Program-made: the position numbers and the translations under genes | Origin: Azolla caroliniana | Lineage: Eukaryota > Plantae > Polypodiophyta | Assembly (NCBI GenBank): GCA_043228905.1 | Contig: JBHGNT010000010.1 | Location: 20,956,001 to 21,020,000 of the forward strand | Direction of reading: 5' to 3' | DNA length: 64,000 bases | Shown: positions 1 through 12,613 of the stretch, piece after piece | How positions within the stretch are numbered: the stretch's first letter is position 1 | Layout: every line of letters starts with the position of its first letter | The notes under the pieces: generated by a model | Seen by the model: only the letters and a program-made list of their open reading frames with translations | What the model was told of the DNA's origin: nothing | Databases searched by the model: none

Positions 1-745
1 ATTTTGGATAACTAGACTTGGGACTTAGTGGGTACATTACACAAAATGGTCATAGGGAAGAAGTGGGCATGGAAGATTGATGATAAGGCTTATGATTCCA
101 TGGATAAATATAATGTAGGACTTGTGGTGTGAGGGTATGCACCAAAGAAGAGAGCATATTTTGAGGAATCATTGGCTTTGAATACAAGCCTCTGAATTAT
201 TTGAGCATTTTAAAGTTTGCCTTTCTAATGGATATCTCAACGAGGGGGGTGATAGTGAAACAAATGGAAGGACTTGAGGTTGCAAAAAGCTCTTTATGGA
301 CTGACGCAAGCCTCAAGGGCCTAATATGAGAGGATCGATGTATTGATCATGGTTGTTAGAGTTAGGAGATGCCTAGCTAATTTGCCCTCTTTGTCAAAAT
401 AGAGGGTGAGCAAATAGTAACACTTGAGGAAAATTGTGCAAATTTATGTCTTCATGAAATGGTTAGGACCTAACCGGAGTAAGAAGCCATGACAACTCAT
501 TCCAACGTGAGAATACTAACACATAAATATAGACCAACCAATGGTGTGTGAGCTCGGGCAATTGAATGATGCGAGAGTTCGCAAGTAGAAGAAGACATGA
601 GGGTTCAGGGATAAAAGATAAAGTAGAATTTGAATTGACGAGGAGGATATGGTAGGTATGACTAAAGAGCTTGAGAGGGCATTTTGATGTGGAAAATGCA
701 ATGCGTGGACAATAGAAAGAATAGTGCATTGAGTGTGGTGGGTCT
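1..745 (+). mobile_element. Degenerate Ty1/copia LTR retrotransposon remnant (RT/RNase H region)
   Basis: 280-340 translates LQKALYGLTQASRA*YERID, matching the copia RT motif LxKALYGLKQAPRAWYERID with a stop. It is preceded by a decayed KARLVxxGYxQ-like segment (~115-175). Many stops and frameshifts; boundaries approximate. Confidence 0.75.
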
Positions 746-1057
746 CAGAACCTAGGGTATAAAAGTGGATCTTAATGTGTATTCTAGGGTTAATTCATCA
801 TTTACCCATGGAGTTTTATCTACATGTAAGCTAAATTAGGTGCGCATGACCTAAAGCTCCCTCTTATTGGATTAAACACTCTACCGATAATGCCAATCTC
901 TTTCTTCACCATCACATACTTTGTGGTGAGAGTATCTTCTGTCCATTGCAAGGGTGTCCACGTAGAGCATTCGATGAGCGGGGTTCTGCGGTCTCACGGA
1001 CATGTGCCCGCCCAAAAGAGACTAAGCCACACCTAAGACCACCAACATTCTTGTTTT

Positions 1058-1185
1058 GCTCTCTCTCTCTCTCTCTCTCTAGACACACACACACACACAC
1101 TTCCTCTCTCTCTCTCTCTCTCTAGACACACACACACACACACACTTCCTCTCTCTCTCTCTAGACACACACACACACACACTTC

Positions 1186-1216
<31 letters not shown>
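1058..1216. repeat. Compound microsatellite [(CT)n-AGA-(CA)n-CTTC] x3 upstream of the B' gene
   Basis: Three tandem units of (CT)n aga (CA)n cttc followed by (CT)n, read directly. Confidence 0.95.
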
Positions 1217-1421
1217 TCCTTCTCAAGATGCTCCGGTAATGGGCGAATTTCCTCTCCATAACCTCACCAGTGAAGATGACGCCCCGACAGAAAGATTTCC
1301 TTCAAGAATCACACAAAACACAGAGACCCTGCCCCGCTGCCCTGTTCCCCGTCCCAAACCCTAGTTTCATGTCTCTGACGCTAATCTCATAACCCTAAAT
1401 CTTAATCCTAATTTCATCATC

Positions 1422-3403
1422 ATGTTAGCCAAGCTATTCACCATGGCTCTGATGAAGCCATCATCAGATCGAGAAATGCCAGAAGGAGGAGGAAACCACA
1501 ACTTCAGAGGTAAGAAGCATCTCCTAAGCTTTACTCCATCTCTGCACGACTCATCTTCATCATCAGAAGAGAGATCTGCTATTGAAGATCTCTTGTTAAC
1601 AAGATTCTGCATCTGCTGTGTCATATTCGATTTCACAAACCCTAAAAAGAAAGTAGAAGAGAAACAGATCAAGAGAGAAGCTCTGCTAGAGCTTCTTGAT
1701 TACATGCCCTCTGTAGCAGGAAGCTTCACAGATACAGTAATGGAAGAATTCGTGAGTATGATAGAGTTAAATATTTTCAGATCTTTACCTCCACGCGATG
1801 AAGAAGGAACGCTATTAGCTATGGATCTCTCATGGTTTCATCTTCAGCTTGTGTATGATATTCTGGTCAGATTCATCGAATCAAAAGAACTCGATCCAAG
1901 GGTAGCTTCGAAATATATAAACCATAGCTTCCTTGAGAAACTTCTTGGTTTATTTAATTCCACCCCATACCCTCCAGAGAGAGAGATGCTAAAGACATTG
2001 TTACATCATACTTATCTTCGGCTTACGACTCATCGAGCTTTTATTAGAAAGGCGGTGAATGGGATTTTCCATCAGTTTTTAGTTGAACCCTTTCAACCCA
2101 ATGGTATAGCTGAGCTTCTTGAAGTATATGGAAGCATTATTAGTGGATTTTCGATACCTTTGAAAGATGAACATAAATTGTTCTTAGAAAGGTCTCTCAT
2201 GCCATTGCATAAGCCAGATTGCGTGTGGGTTTATCACAAACAGCTCTCGTTTTGTGTGGTCCAATTCGCAAGGAAAGATCCAAAGCTTGCCAGTAATTTG
2301 ATCAAAGGATTATTGAAGTATTGGCCAGTTACTAGTAGTCAAACGGAGATATTGTTCTTGCAAGAGCTTGAAGGCGTTTTGGAGGTTACAGAGGAAGCAG
2401 AGTTTCAACGATGTATGGTTCCTTTGTTTCGAAGAATCAGACATAGTCTAAGTAGTCCACATTCTCAGGTGAGGTGTCTTGCTCATTGCATTTTCTAATT
2501 GCAATGATCTTAAGTTGTATTAATTTACAATCTTAATTTGTATTAAGTTATGATTCATATCTTAATTGTATGAGAAATGCTGCAAATGTTTTAAGGATAT
2601 GAAAGTGGTTTCTCATTAAATGCTCCTAAGTGTTTTAATGACTCAATCATGACCACATTTAGAGAGGAACTTTAGATGGATGCATGGGAAGGTATGCCGA
2701 TGGGACAACTTTTGATGTCTGGAGGGAGTAGGATTATAGTTATCATATATTTTGTTATGAATGTTTGTCCATATTTCCCAACTTCAGACATACATGGGTG
2801 TGGATCAGGAATACATGCTAACAGTGGTGGTTGTCTTCCATACCAATTGGTCTATAAAACCCATAGATTATCAGAGCAAATAGGACTTTTTTGTAGGATG
2901 TAGCAGAACCGTAGCTATATTCCTAAGAGCATATAATCGAGTTGCAGATATTTGAAATCAAATTGATGTTTAATCATATTAATGTATGCTGTTGTGTTGA
3001 TTCAATCCATATCAGTTTAACATTGTTGTTGCTGTATTGCATTAGAGCTAAGGTGTTTTTATCATCGTCTCAGGTTGCTGTATCCACCATCTTTTTATGG
3101 AAAAATGATCACATAGTGGATCTGGTCGCTCAAAACCGACGAGTTATTTTACCATTGATCATTGGCGCCCTTGAAGAGAACCATTGGAATGTAGTTGTCA
3201 ATGGGTTCATATCAGACTTGAGAAAGCAGTTACTAGATTTAGACCATGAACTTTTTGAATCGTGCCAAAGGGAGTACCGAGAAGAGGGAATGAGAACAAA
3301 AGCGAGACAAGATCAAAGAGAAAAGACTTGGAAGCAACTGGAAGCACTTGCTATCACTAAGAGCCTGGGGATCTCAGGCTTGAATCAATGCCTTGAAGCA
3401 TAA
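1422..3403 (+). CDS. PP2A-B': Protein phosphatase 2A regulatory subunit B' (B56 family), divergent; 2 exons, 458 aa
   Basis: Exons 1422-2468 and 3074-3403 with a phase-0 GT-AG intron (SSPHSQ|VAVSTIFLWKNDHIV versus family SSHFQ|VAERALFLWNNDHI). B56 motifs present: CCVIFDFTNP, WFHLQLVY, NGIAELLE, GFSIPLKDEHKLFL, LLKYWP. Confidence 0.93.
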
Positions 3404-4799
3404 GATATGTGCATTATATATATGATGTACTTAGTGTTTCCCATGCATGTTCTCTCTGGAATGGCATGTCTGTGGCATAAATTATTCATTTGATTCTTGC
3501 ACAAATCATTCAAATTCTTTCAATACATTTGAAAAACTCATCCTATGTACCATGTTAAATGTTTTGAGATGTTCTATACTTTTTTTCATGATCCCACCAC
3601 CAAATTGGTGATTCCGATAGAGAATGATGGCAAACTTTCCGAAGCTCAAGAATATACCACCCTAATAGGTGGCCATCTTGTAATGGGATGAGTTACTGGT
3701 GCTATTGTAACAAGTGGGATCTCGTGTTTTCAAGCCCCCCCCCTTTTGTAATTGTTGGTTTCTTCTATTGGCTATCAAACCAACCAACCAAGTAATGCCA
3801 ATTTCAACCAATAAGTTACGAGATACATGTAAAGAGATTGATTGTGCATCCTGAGTGAGATTTGAGAAATCAGAAATAGATTTAATAATGTTCATGGATA
3901 CATGGAATTAGAAGAGATAATGCATATAGATCTGCATAATGCTCATGGATATGATACAAGGAATTAAAAGAAATATATGGCACATGATATAATCTCCTAC
4001 ACCAACAGGCATTTCAAGTTATTCAAGTTCTTCAGTTCACATAAAGAAGATGCAAATATATGGAAATTTTAAATGTGGCAAAAACATCAAATTTACATGA
4101 TGTGCAGACAAACAGCTACATTGCAAGGCATAAAGCATGGGCTCGGCCCATTTAGCCATTAGACCTCTCTACTTGAGACCCATAGCATTGTAATATCTTA
4201 AGTTTATGATCTGCTTTTCAACTGTACATCTTAAGAGAACAAATTATCTATGTATATGGTCTCTATTTTCCACAAGTCTCTCATGTGGCATTTTTGTGAG
4301 CTTTTCAGATATAACTCTTTGATAAAGTAAAAATGCTCCCTTTTCTTTTGATTTTGTCTCTTTGTTGTGGTCACTCCATGAGATGTTGATAACTTTGTTA
4401 TTCCTTTCCATTTTGAGTTGTAATTCTAAGCTCTCTTGAAATTTGCCCTCTTCTCAATCACATAACCATGGGTTGATTAAGACAACAAGATCATAAGGCA
4501 ATTATGACAATGATATCGCGCTCTAGTAGATGCATAAAGCCATATTTTTAGGAGCTAACCATTTATTTATGGAAATCAAATTTTATGAAGAATATTTGTT
4601 GATGAACGCAACAACTTTAGTGTTGTAAAGTACACACTTTACCAATACACCATTATCCTTTATATATATATATATATAAACTAAAGAAATTTTAATATGA
4701 TAATCCAAGTGAATCTATAAGCAATAACATTTTAGTTGGTATAAATGTGTAAAGTGTTTGTCCTACATGATGCGTGAGGCAACACATGTCATGTACCAA

Positions 4800-4952
4800 A
4801 TTTACTATGTCATTTATTTTTTCCTATTATTTCATGCACATGAAAAGGGATTTTACTATGTCATTTATTATTTCCTATTATTTCATGCACATGAAAAGGG
4901 ATTTTACTATGTCATTTATTTTTTCCTATTATTTCATGCACATGAAAAGGGA
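4800..4952. repeat. 52-bp tandem repeat, ~3 copies
   Basis: Unit ttttactatgtcatttattttttcctattatttcatgcacatgaaaaggga repeated three times almost exactly. Confidence 0.95.
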
Positions 4953-5922
4953 AGCTGATTGTCTGATCTATAAAGTAACTATCTTAGCATACTCATACAA
5001 GGTAGTGCGTTATTGATCTAGCAACTAACTACTGAATTATATTCTTGTAGATGTAAAAATAATCTTATTTAAACATAGAATGTGAATAACATCAATAATC
5101 AAGATTAAATCAAACTTGTTAAAGACATAACCTTATGAACCAATTCTAAAGGCTAGCTTTAATCGTTAGGAGGGTAATATCAGTGAGAAACTGGTTATCC
5201 TTGGACTCGGGACAAACCCATAAGGACTTGAGAACGCGCAGATGTGTGGAGCTCAAGGAGTTTAGTTACATAAAGAGTATCATCTAATATTTTATTAATA
5301 CAATAACATCATGAACCGATTCTGAATCCTAGTTTTAATGAATTTAAAGGTAGGATGAGTTCATTGTAATACTTGCGACACACGATGACATATGAGCCTA
5401 AAGAATTCAGCCCATGATAGCAAGACTAGCTACTCCCTTTGATATGCATTTCAAGGATTTTGTTGAGACCTTGTTGGTGAAGCAAAACTCTTATACTTCG
5501 AAATTTGTAGATTGGTTGACTTCTAAGGTATAACACGAAGGCCATATTTAGTGGTATGGATGTTAATGGAGTTTTTTGTTTATCTATGATCCTTTGCTCA
5601 ACGGTGCTCTGTGTGGTTAACAACTTAGCACACCTAATCCATTATTTTCATCCATCAATTCATTAATTGTTCATCATTAATATAAGAAACCATCGTCACG
5701 TGATAGCAAAACATTAATCGCAACTAGAGCGAAGCTTTTTGTCTCATTTGTTTTGTCCAACACACGTGCATGGATACATGCACACTCAATAAAATTAGTG
5801 TGTATATTAAAACAACATGGCAATAAAAAAACTTTTTTCTATTGCCATAATAATAATGAGGATCTTAGAGAAAGGTGAACCCACTAGGATGTTGTAACAT
5901 AAGTTAATATAGAGGCAACCAT

Positions 5923-6330
5923 TAACAATTGGCAACGGTTCGGTTCGGTTTCGGTTTGGTTTCAACAGTAAAAAACTATGGTTTAAATGGTTTCTATTTT
6001 TTAATTTTTTTAATTTTTTTAAAAAAAATTATAAAAAAATTCTAAACAATTTTTAAAATTATTTTTTAACAATCTTTTCATTTTTACACCTTATTCTCAC
6101 ATTTTAGGAACATCTTTAAAAAAATTTAAATTCTAAATAATGAAATATTATAAATTTTAAAAAATAAAAAATTTGACTTATGTTGAAAACTGAAACCGAA
6201 CCACAAAACCACGGTTTTTACGGTTTAATGGTTTAACGGTTTGGAAAAGGTTTAACAATTTGGTTCAGGTTTCAAAAAATTTAAATGGTTCGGTTTGGAC
6301 CCCCTCAAACCGAACTGTTGCCGATTGTTA
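5923..6330. mobile_element. hAT-type MITE, copy 1 (408 bp)
   Basis: TIRs TAACAATTGGCAACGG...CTGTTGCCGATTGTTA; 8-bp TSD GCAACCAT at 5915-5922 and 6331-6338; subterminal CGGTT/AACCG repeats; AT-rich core. A second copy lies at 56002-56359. Confidence 0.9.
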
Positions 6331-7170
6331 GCAACCATTATAAGGAAAATGTGCCCATAGAGTGCAGTACAAAATTTGCCAAATCAATATTCCTTTCAAC
6401 TTAAGTACCTTTGTGCTACTCCTTGCAAACCATCAAACAAGAAGCCATTTTTCATACTCTTATTGTACCATAGATCCCAATACCCAAGCTAATCATATAC
6501 TACCCCTGACCCCATACAAGGATCATGTAAAATTCTAGTTCTTTAACTGAAAATTTGCTTAAAGGGTCACAAAAGTATCCTAACTAACAAAGCGTGCAGT
6601 CCTATGCCTTCAACAAATTGGGCACACAACGAATTTGTGTCTTAAGATCTTTGTCAACTTTTTTATCAAAAAACATGTCCCATGTGAAGCTTCGTGGCAT
6701 TTTTAAGCCATCGCCAAAGGCAACCAACTATTGTTTGGCAAAGAAACATTTTGTGTGGGAAGGAAGATGAATTTTGCGATCCTACGTCTAATGCTTGACA
6801 ACACTTTTGCTAAATGGTGTGCCATGCAAGCGATACCTTCCCCACGAACCAAGCAAACTTATGATACACATCACTGGCAGGCTGCGATTGAATAATCAAA
6901 AGCCTTTCCATGGTTCATATGCCAACGAATGTGATAATATTCATGAGGTATATTGAGCAGGCCGGCTTAGTTCACACACTTTTCAAAGTCCCACGATATG
7001 CATGGGAACTCAAATAGTACAAACATTTATCATGCCCTCCCATTTACTTCACACCTCAAGAGTCAAGCAAGACATTGTGTATTTGTGTGTGTCTAATTTT
7101 GCAAATTTCCAAAACTAAGAGGCCTAACTTGTCGATACCTTAATTATTTTCCAATCTTCACACTGCACAG

Positions 7171-7197
7171 TTAGGGTTAGGGTTAGGGTTAGGGTTT
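7171..7197 (+). promoter_or_regulatory. (TTAGGG)4 array including a telo-box (AAACCCTAA on the minus strand), just upstream of the ATG at 7249
   Basis: ttagggttagggttagggttagggttt read directly, ending ~52 nt before the start codon. Confidence 0.7.
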
Positions 7198-7248
7198 CGG
7201 TTGTCTGTGTGTTTGGCCCTTCTTTTTCCTCCGTTCAGCAGGCTAGCT

Positions 7249-10200
7249 ATGTCGACCGAAGAAGGAGAGCTCTTACCAGAAGAGGAAGACACACCTCCTC
7301 AGCTTGCGACTCAATACCTGAATAATGGGAGAGATCCTTTCCTTGTCATCTGTCGATGCTTCAGTGTTGTCACTGCCATCAGCGCCATCCTCTGTGTTAT
7401 CGTCAATGTCTTCTCTTCCATACATTCCTTCACAAGCGGTGAGGACGTGAGTTCCTTCTCTCTTGAATTCTACACTTTTCTTCATTCTATACGCATTTTC
7501 CATATATCTCATTTGGGTGCGAGCATTTCCAATTGATCTAACTGCATTTTCTCTTCATTGTCTATTTTGAATGCGTGTCATGCAACTCTATTTTTGTTCA
7601 TCTTTCACGTTTTCTTTATGCATGTAGGCATCCTCAGTGCCTCTAACTCTGTTTCTCTTTGTTGCTCCTTTTTATCTATGTATATATGTGTGAATGCATG
7701 TGTGTGTACGAATGTATGTAGTTGATCTAATTCTGTATGTGTGGATTTACAAATTCGTCCTTCTTTCTATGTTTGTGTCTTCATGTATGTGTTTATTCTC
7801 ATTGCTTCCGCTTTTGGCGCATCAGATTTTTGGTGGCATCCTTAGGTGCTATGCTATAGTCTTCGCTTTTTTTGTTGCTATAGCAGAGACAGAATGGCAA
7901 TGGGTTTTCAAGTTCTGGAAGGTATTAGAAAACTCTTATCTTGTTTCTTCCAAATCATCACATGTAGTACTTTTTTGTGAAAACTACCAAAATGTGCTTA
8001 TGTCTATGAGAAAAAGAAAAGAAAAGTTATGCTTGCCAGTCTCCAAAAATCACCTATATTTGCTTCGTCAAAGGATGATGCGCAATCACATGAAAATTAA
8101 GATCCAACCATGTAATAAAAATTATAGATATTTAGAGGCATACACTTAGTCAACGTAATTATCATGATCAAGGATAATGTAGTAGCTTAATTTGCCTAGT
8201 AGTGCATTTAAAATATCCCCTAATTCATTGTCATTAACCAGCAAGTTGGGCTGCTAGAAGCAAAAGTAGAAAAATATTCTTTTAATCTTCTCAAAAAAAT
8301 GTGCTTATTTCTAATTAGAAACAAATTAGTGACATTAAGCTTCTACTTTGGGCAAGTTTCCTTTTTTTTATTAGAGAGAAACTAGTATTCAAATCTTATA
8401 ATCAGCTAAATGCAGTACCTAAGACTATTATTAATCCTTCTTCATAGTCTCATGTAATTTTTTTAAAGGTATACCTTTGTTATTAGGAGTGTAAATTTGA
8501 TTAAGACTAATTATGAAAAGCCAAGCATATTTATTAATTTATTCACACTTATAAGTATATTGTAAAAGTTTTCCATATCTCTTTTCTAGTTATGAAAGTT
8601 CAAATGATATGTCCTAAATTGCTTTAACTATTGTTACAGATTTTGGAGTACTGGGCTGGTCGAGGAATGTTGCAAGTGTTGTAAGAATCTCTCTTTTCTC
8701 TATACAATTGCTTCTGTATGTGTGTATTTATGAATCACAGAGAGAGAGAGGGAAGAGGGAAGAAAGATTTTATTATCGCCCATGAGGGGCCAAATTTGAC
8801 CTATTGGACCAAATACACATATTGTTTTGGAAGTGACTCCTTAAGATGGGGGAAAGAGTAGGAAGAAGTAGGACCAAATAAACGTATCATCTTGGAGATG
8901 AGTCATTCCTAAGATGGGTGGTTACTACTCTGTACTAAAAACTCTCTATATGAAAATAGTACAGGGACATGTGTGCTCATCTTTCTTGGTGGAGAGTTGA
9001 GTATGAAACTTAAATTATCATGCCTGTCTAACAAGTCATCATAATTCTTGGCACTCGCAAATGACCTTATATGCTGAGCATTGATTAAGTAAGCTATATT
9101 TATCCTCCATTAAGTTTTTGCTGCATACCTTGTATATCTTCATGCTCAGGTGATGATGCCATGATGCTGCCTCAAGATCTAACCTGCGTGAGTGAGTCTG
9201 AAGAAGTGTTAAGGCTCTCCGAGAGCCAAGGCTCATGGGAGCAGTAACATGTGGTTGGATACGTTCTGGAATGTTTACCTTGTTTTGGGGCCAACATTGA
9301 GGGTTACTATCTGCAATGATGTAATATTCCAGATTTGACATTTTAGCATCTTTCCACTTTATCATCAGTGCCTCTAGTAATCTATTTCAATGATCACATA
9401 CTTCCTAGAAATACCTAAGACCTCCAATAGATCTTTTACATCCCATGTTTTAAACTATTTTATAATGTCAAGCACCTAGCCAGATGACAGAATTTTGTTG
9501 TTATTAGTTTTTTGTACATTGCATTCTATATTCCAAGTTTGTCTTGGCAATCTGTGATCGGGCACATTCATGACTTTTGTTTGGATGGTCTTTGCATGGC
9601 TAGTTTATCTATGGGCCAGGCACTAAGTTCTGATAGCATGATCAGATAGCATGTTGAGGATTTATCCCTAATTTTCTACAGAAGAACAAAATTTTGGCTT
9701 TTCCATATTTCATTCAGTGCACTGAGTGAGATAGTGCCACTGTCACTTCCACTCAATAAAGCAATGTTTGGACCACTATAGCATTGAATAACATCAATCT
9801 CACTTCCCATCTTGAGTATCATTTTGTTTGCATTGATTCTCAAGCATATAATAACTATTCCAACTCACTTGACGTCTAGACTCATAGCATACTTTCCACC
9901 TATTTGTCAATGGGACAATACCAATATATTTGAAGCTTGCACCACTTGTATTTGGTTCTCCATTGTAAGCAAAAACGATGTAGTATTGTAGTTGTATTGC
10001 CTTTATTGCCATCATTTTTGTAATGCCTTTACGGGTGAATTCATGTCATCCATTCTTAATCAAAAATAAAAGCTGTAGGCTTCCTAAAGCGCCATGATCA
10101 TTATCTTGATGCATGTTGATCCATGATTTTTGAGATGGTTTACAAGCATGAAATGCATAGCTAATATGTATGAGGGTAGTGCTGACTGTACTTTGTATCC

Positions 10201-12613
10201 AAGGTTGGTTGATGCGGTGAAATGATGCTATGACAAAGTTTAACAAGTGGATGTGGGTGTCATCATGCGGATCGGAGTTGGTGAGCAATGGCCTTCATGA
10301 TCTTTTGACAGTATGGCCCATGGGGCTTATATCCTGGTACTCGCTGTCTTGGTTGTTGTCAGCATTCCTCCACTTGCTCTATGGTGACTCTTCGGCATGT
10401 TAGTGGAGGTACAGGGATATGGAAGAAATCAGTGATGTGGCCATAAATCTTCTGGCAATACCTTGTTCTATCGTCATTTTGGAGAGGTATACTATATGAA
10501 AAGGGTGGAAAGTTCTTGATGTCAAGGCCATTGTTGTTGAACCACTACATCACCTGTGAGTACTGTGATTCTTTTGCATGTTCTATAGCTGCCATTTACT
10601 TCGCCACGTCAAACACCTTATGTGTAATTCTTTCATGTAGTGTGGATGCTTTGCTATGTATTGTCTGTGACAATATCATGGCACGTTTTCACATGTACAT
10701 GGGGAAGTAAGGAGCCAATATGGCTGCACTGAATATGAGGGTAAGGATGTCCATGTTGTCAAAAAATATACTTTGGTACAGGATGGCTAGAACTACATTT
10801 GCTCGAGTGAGTCTATGAGTTATCATGGATGCATGGAAGGTCATGGTTTACTTTGAGATCTTTTTCATGGTAAAAGCCATGCAAGGCATTGAGATGATAT
10901 GAGAGTAAGGATGTCCATGTTGTCAAAAAATATACTTTTGTGCAGGATGGCTAGAGCTACATATGCTCGAGTGAGTCTATGAGTTAGCATGGATGCATGG
11001 AAGCTCATGGTTTACCGTGAGATCTTTTTCATGGCAAAAGCCATGCAAGGCATTGAGATGATGTAGAGTTGCATAAGACATAGACACCAAGAGCATGTCA
11101 TCAATGTAAAGAAGAATGTGGATGGGTGTACCCAACATGCCAATTCCCTCGCCACCTCTACGTGTGATGTAGTTCGCTACCTCATTGATGTACAATCCAA
11201 AGGTAGGGGAGAGTGGACATCCTTGCTTCACACCAATGGTAATGGTGATTACCTATGAGAGGCCCCTTGGACACCCAACTTGTCTCAACATTTGCTTATA
11301 TAATGCACATATAGCCTATATCATGTCTGAGGGAATTCTGAATGCAGAGAGTCTTTGTAGGAGATATTCTCTTTGTATATTACTAAAGGTCTGGTGGAAA
11401 TCTGTAAAGCATCCATACAATCACAACTTTTGCATATATGCTTGGTTCACCAAGCAATGTGATTTTAAGGATGTGCTCAGTGGTAAGGTTCTCCATAGTG
11501 ACGAGAATGTCATGCGTTTGGCCCATACATTCTGCAGTAGCATCTTTTCAAGTATTGTCGATAATGAGCTTTTCCAAACATGATTTATGCAACCCTAATA
11601 TGATATAGAAGAAAGAAATATTAACCTCTACTAGAGCTCCAAATTGTCATATGAGACACATTGCGATTGCAAATATGGATGACTCAGGTTATCCATACTG
11701 AAACGAAAATAAAAACGGTTTCTGAAATATCAATAATTATGATCTTAATCCTTGACAGTGCTTTTGAACCGGTAATTGTTCTGAATGAAAGTAAGCAAGA
11801 AATATTAACATCTACTAGAGGCCGGAATCATCCTTTGAGAAATTGTGATTACCAATATGGATGACTTCAGGTTATCCTTACTGAAACAAAAACAAAAGCT
11901 GAAGGTTTCCAAAATATCCACAATAATGATTTTAATGCTTGAAGTCGCTTTAGAATTGGTAATGATTCTTGAGATAGTTTTGCAAGCTCCAAGTATGTAG
12001 CATTGGAAACTGTCTTCTTGAATAGTATTTTTTTTCAGGTGCTTGTTCTTGCAAAGTTGTACAAGGAAATAATTATGTTTTGCACTTAATTTTGAAATGT
12101 GTTTTGTTGTGCATACATAGTGTGGCTGTGATGACAAGGGCACTTGCTGAGCAAGAGTCAGGTGGTGAGGCGATGGTTATAGTTCAACAAATATCCAGTT
12201 ACTTGTTATTGTCATGTGGAATTTTATATATAATCACTGTAAGTAGCTTGCTTGTTAATCTAATTGCAAGGTTGATACAAACTTGAAAGCCTGTCAATGA
12301 AAGCTCTGTATTTGTATTAGGGAATCTTATGCATTCGTCATTTAAAACAAGCTCGATTAAAGAGAGCACTAAATCGAGATCAAGCCGTGAAGGATCTTGA
12401 GGTAATTTCATCTGTTACAAATTCCCCAACTTTTTAAAGGTCAACCAACAAGAGTCATAAACATATCGGGCAATGCTTTAGCAGTGTGTCATGAAATTCA
12501 GGAATGATACATATTTTGGGTTGTGGATCATTTCAGTCTAATGGATTTTGATTGTTATGTACTTGCAGGAATTGGATAAACGGAGAAAGGAGTTGCAACG
12601 ATTGCTATCCTAA
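7249..12613 (+). CDS. COPI-associated / TVP15-like Golgi-vacuole membrane protein; 6 exons
   Basis: Exons 7249-7446, 7826-7921, 8640-8680, 12121-12238, 12321-12401, 12569-12613, all GT-AG and in frame. Protein: DPFLVICRCFS...RCYAIVFAFFVAIAETEW...ILEYWAGRGMLQVFVAVMTRA...RDQAVKDLEELDKRRKELQRLL*, matching the plant COPI_assoc family as I recall it. Confidence 0.88.
9780..11590 (-). mobile_element. Fragmented LINE (non-LTR retrotransposon) RT remnant in intron 3 of the TVP15-like gene
   Basis: Minus-strand KQGCPLSPTFGLYI and LLYIDDMLLVS (RT motifs QGxPLSP and YADD-like) at 10977-11231, and FKYIGI (FKYLG) at ~9920. Internal ~165-bp tandem duplication at 10737-11062. Confidence 0.8.

Noticed and set aside
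4758-5016. Repetitive ORFs (HAHEKGFYYVIY...)
   Set aside because: Translations of the 52-bp tandem repeat.
7171-7197. True telomere or chromosome-fusion scar
   Set aside because: Only four repeats, in one orientation, at a gene 5' end.
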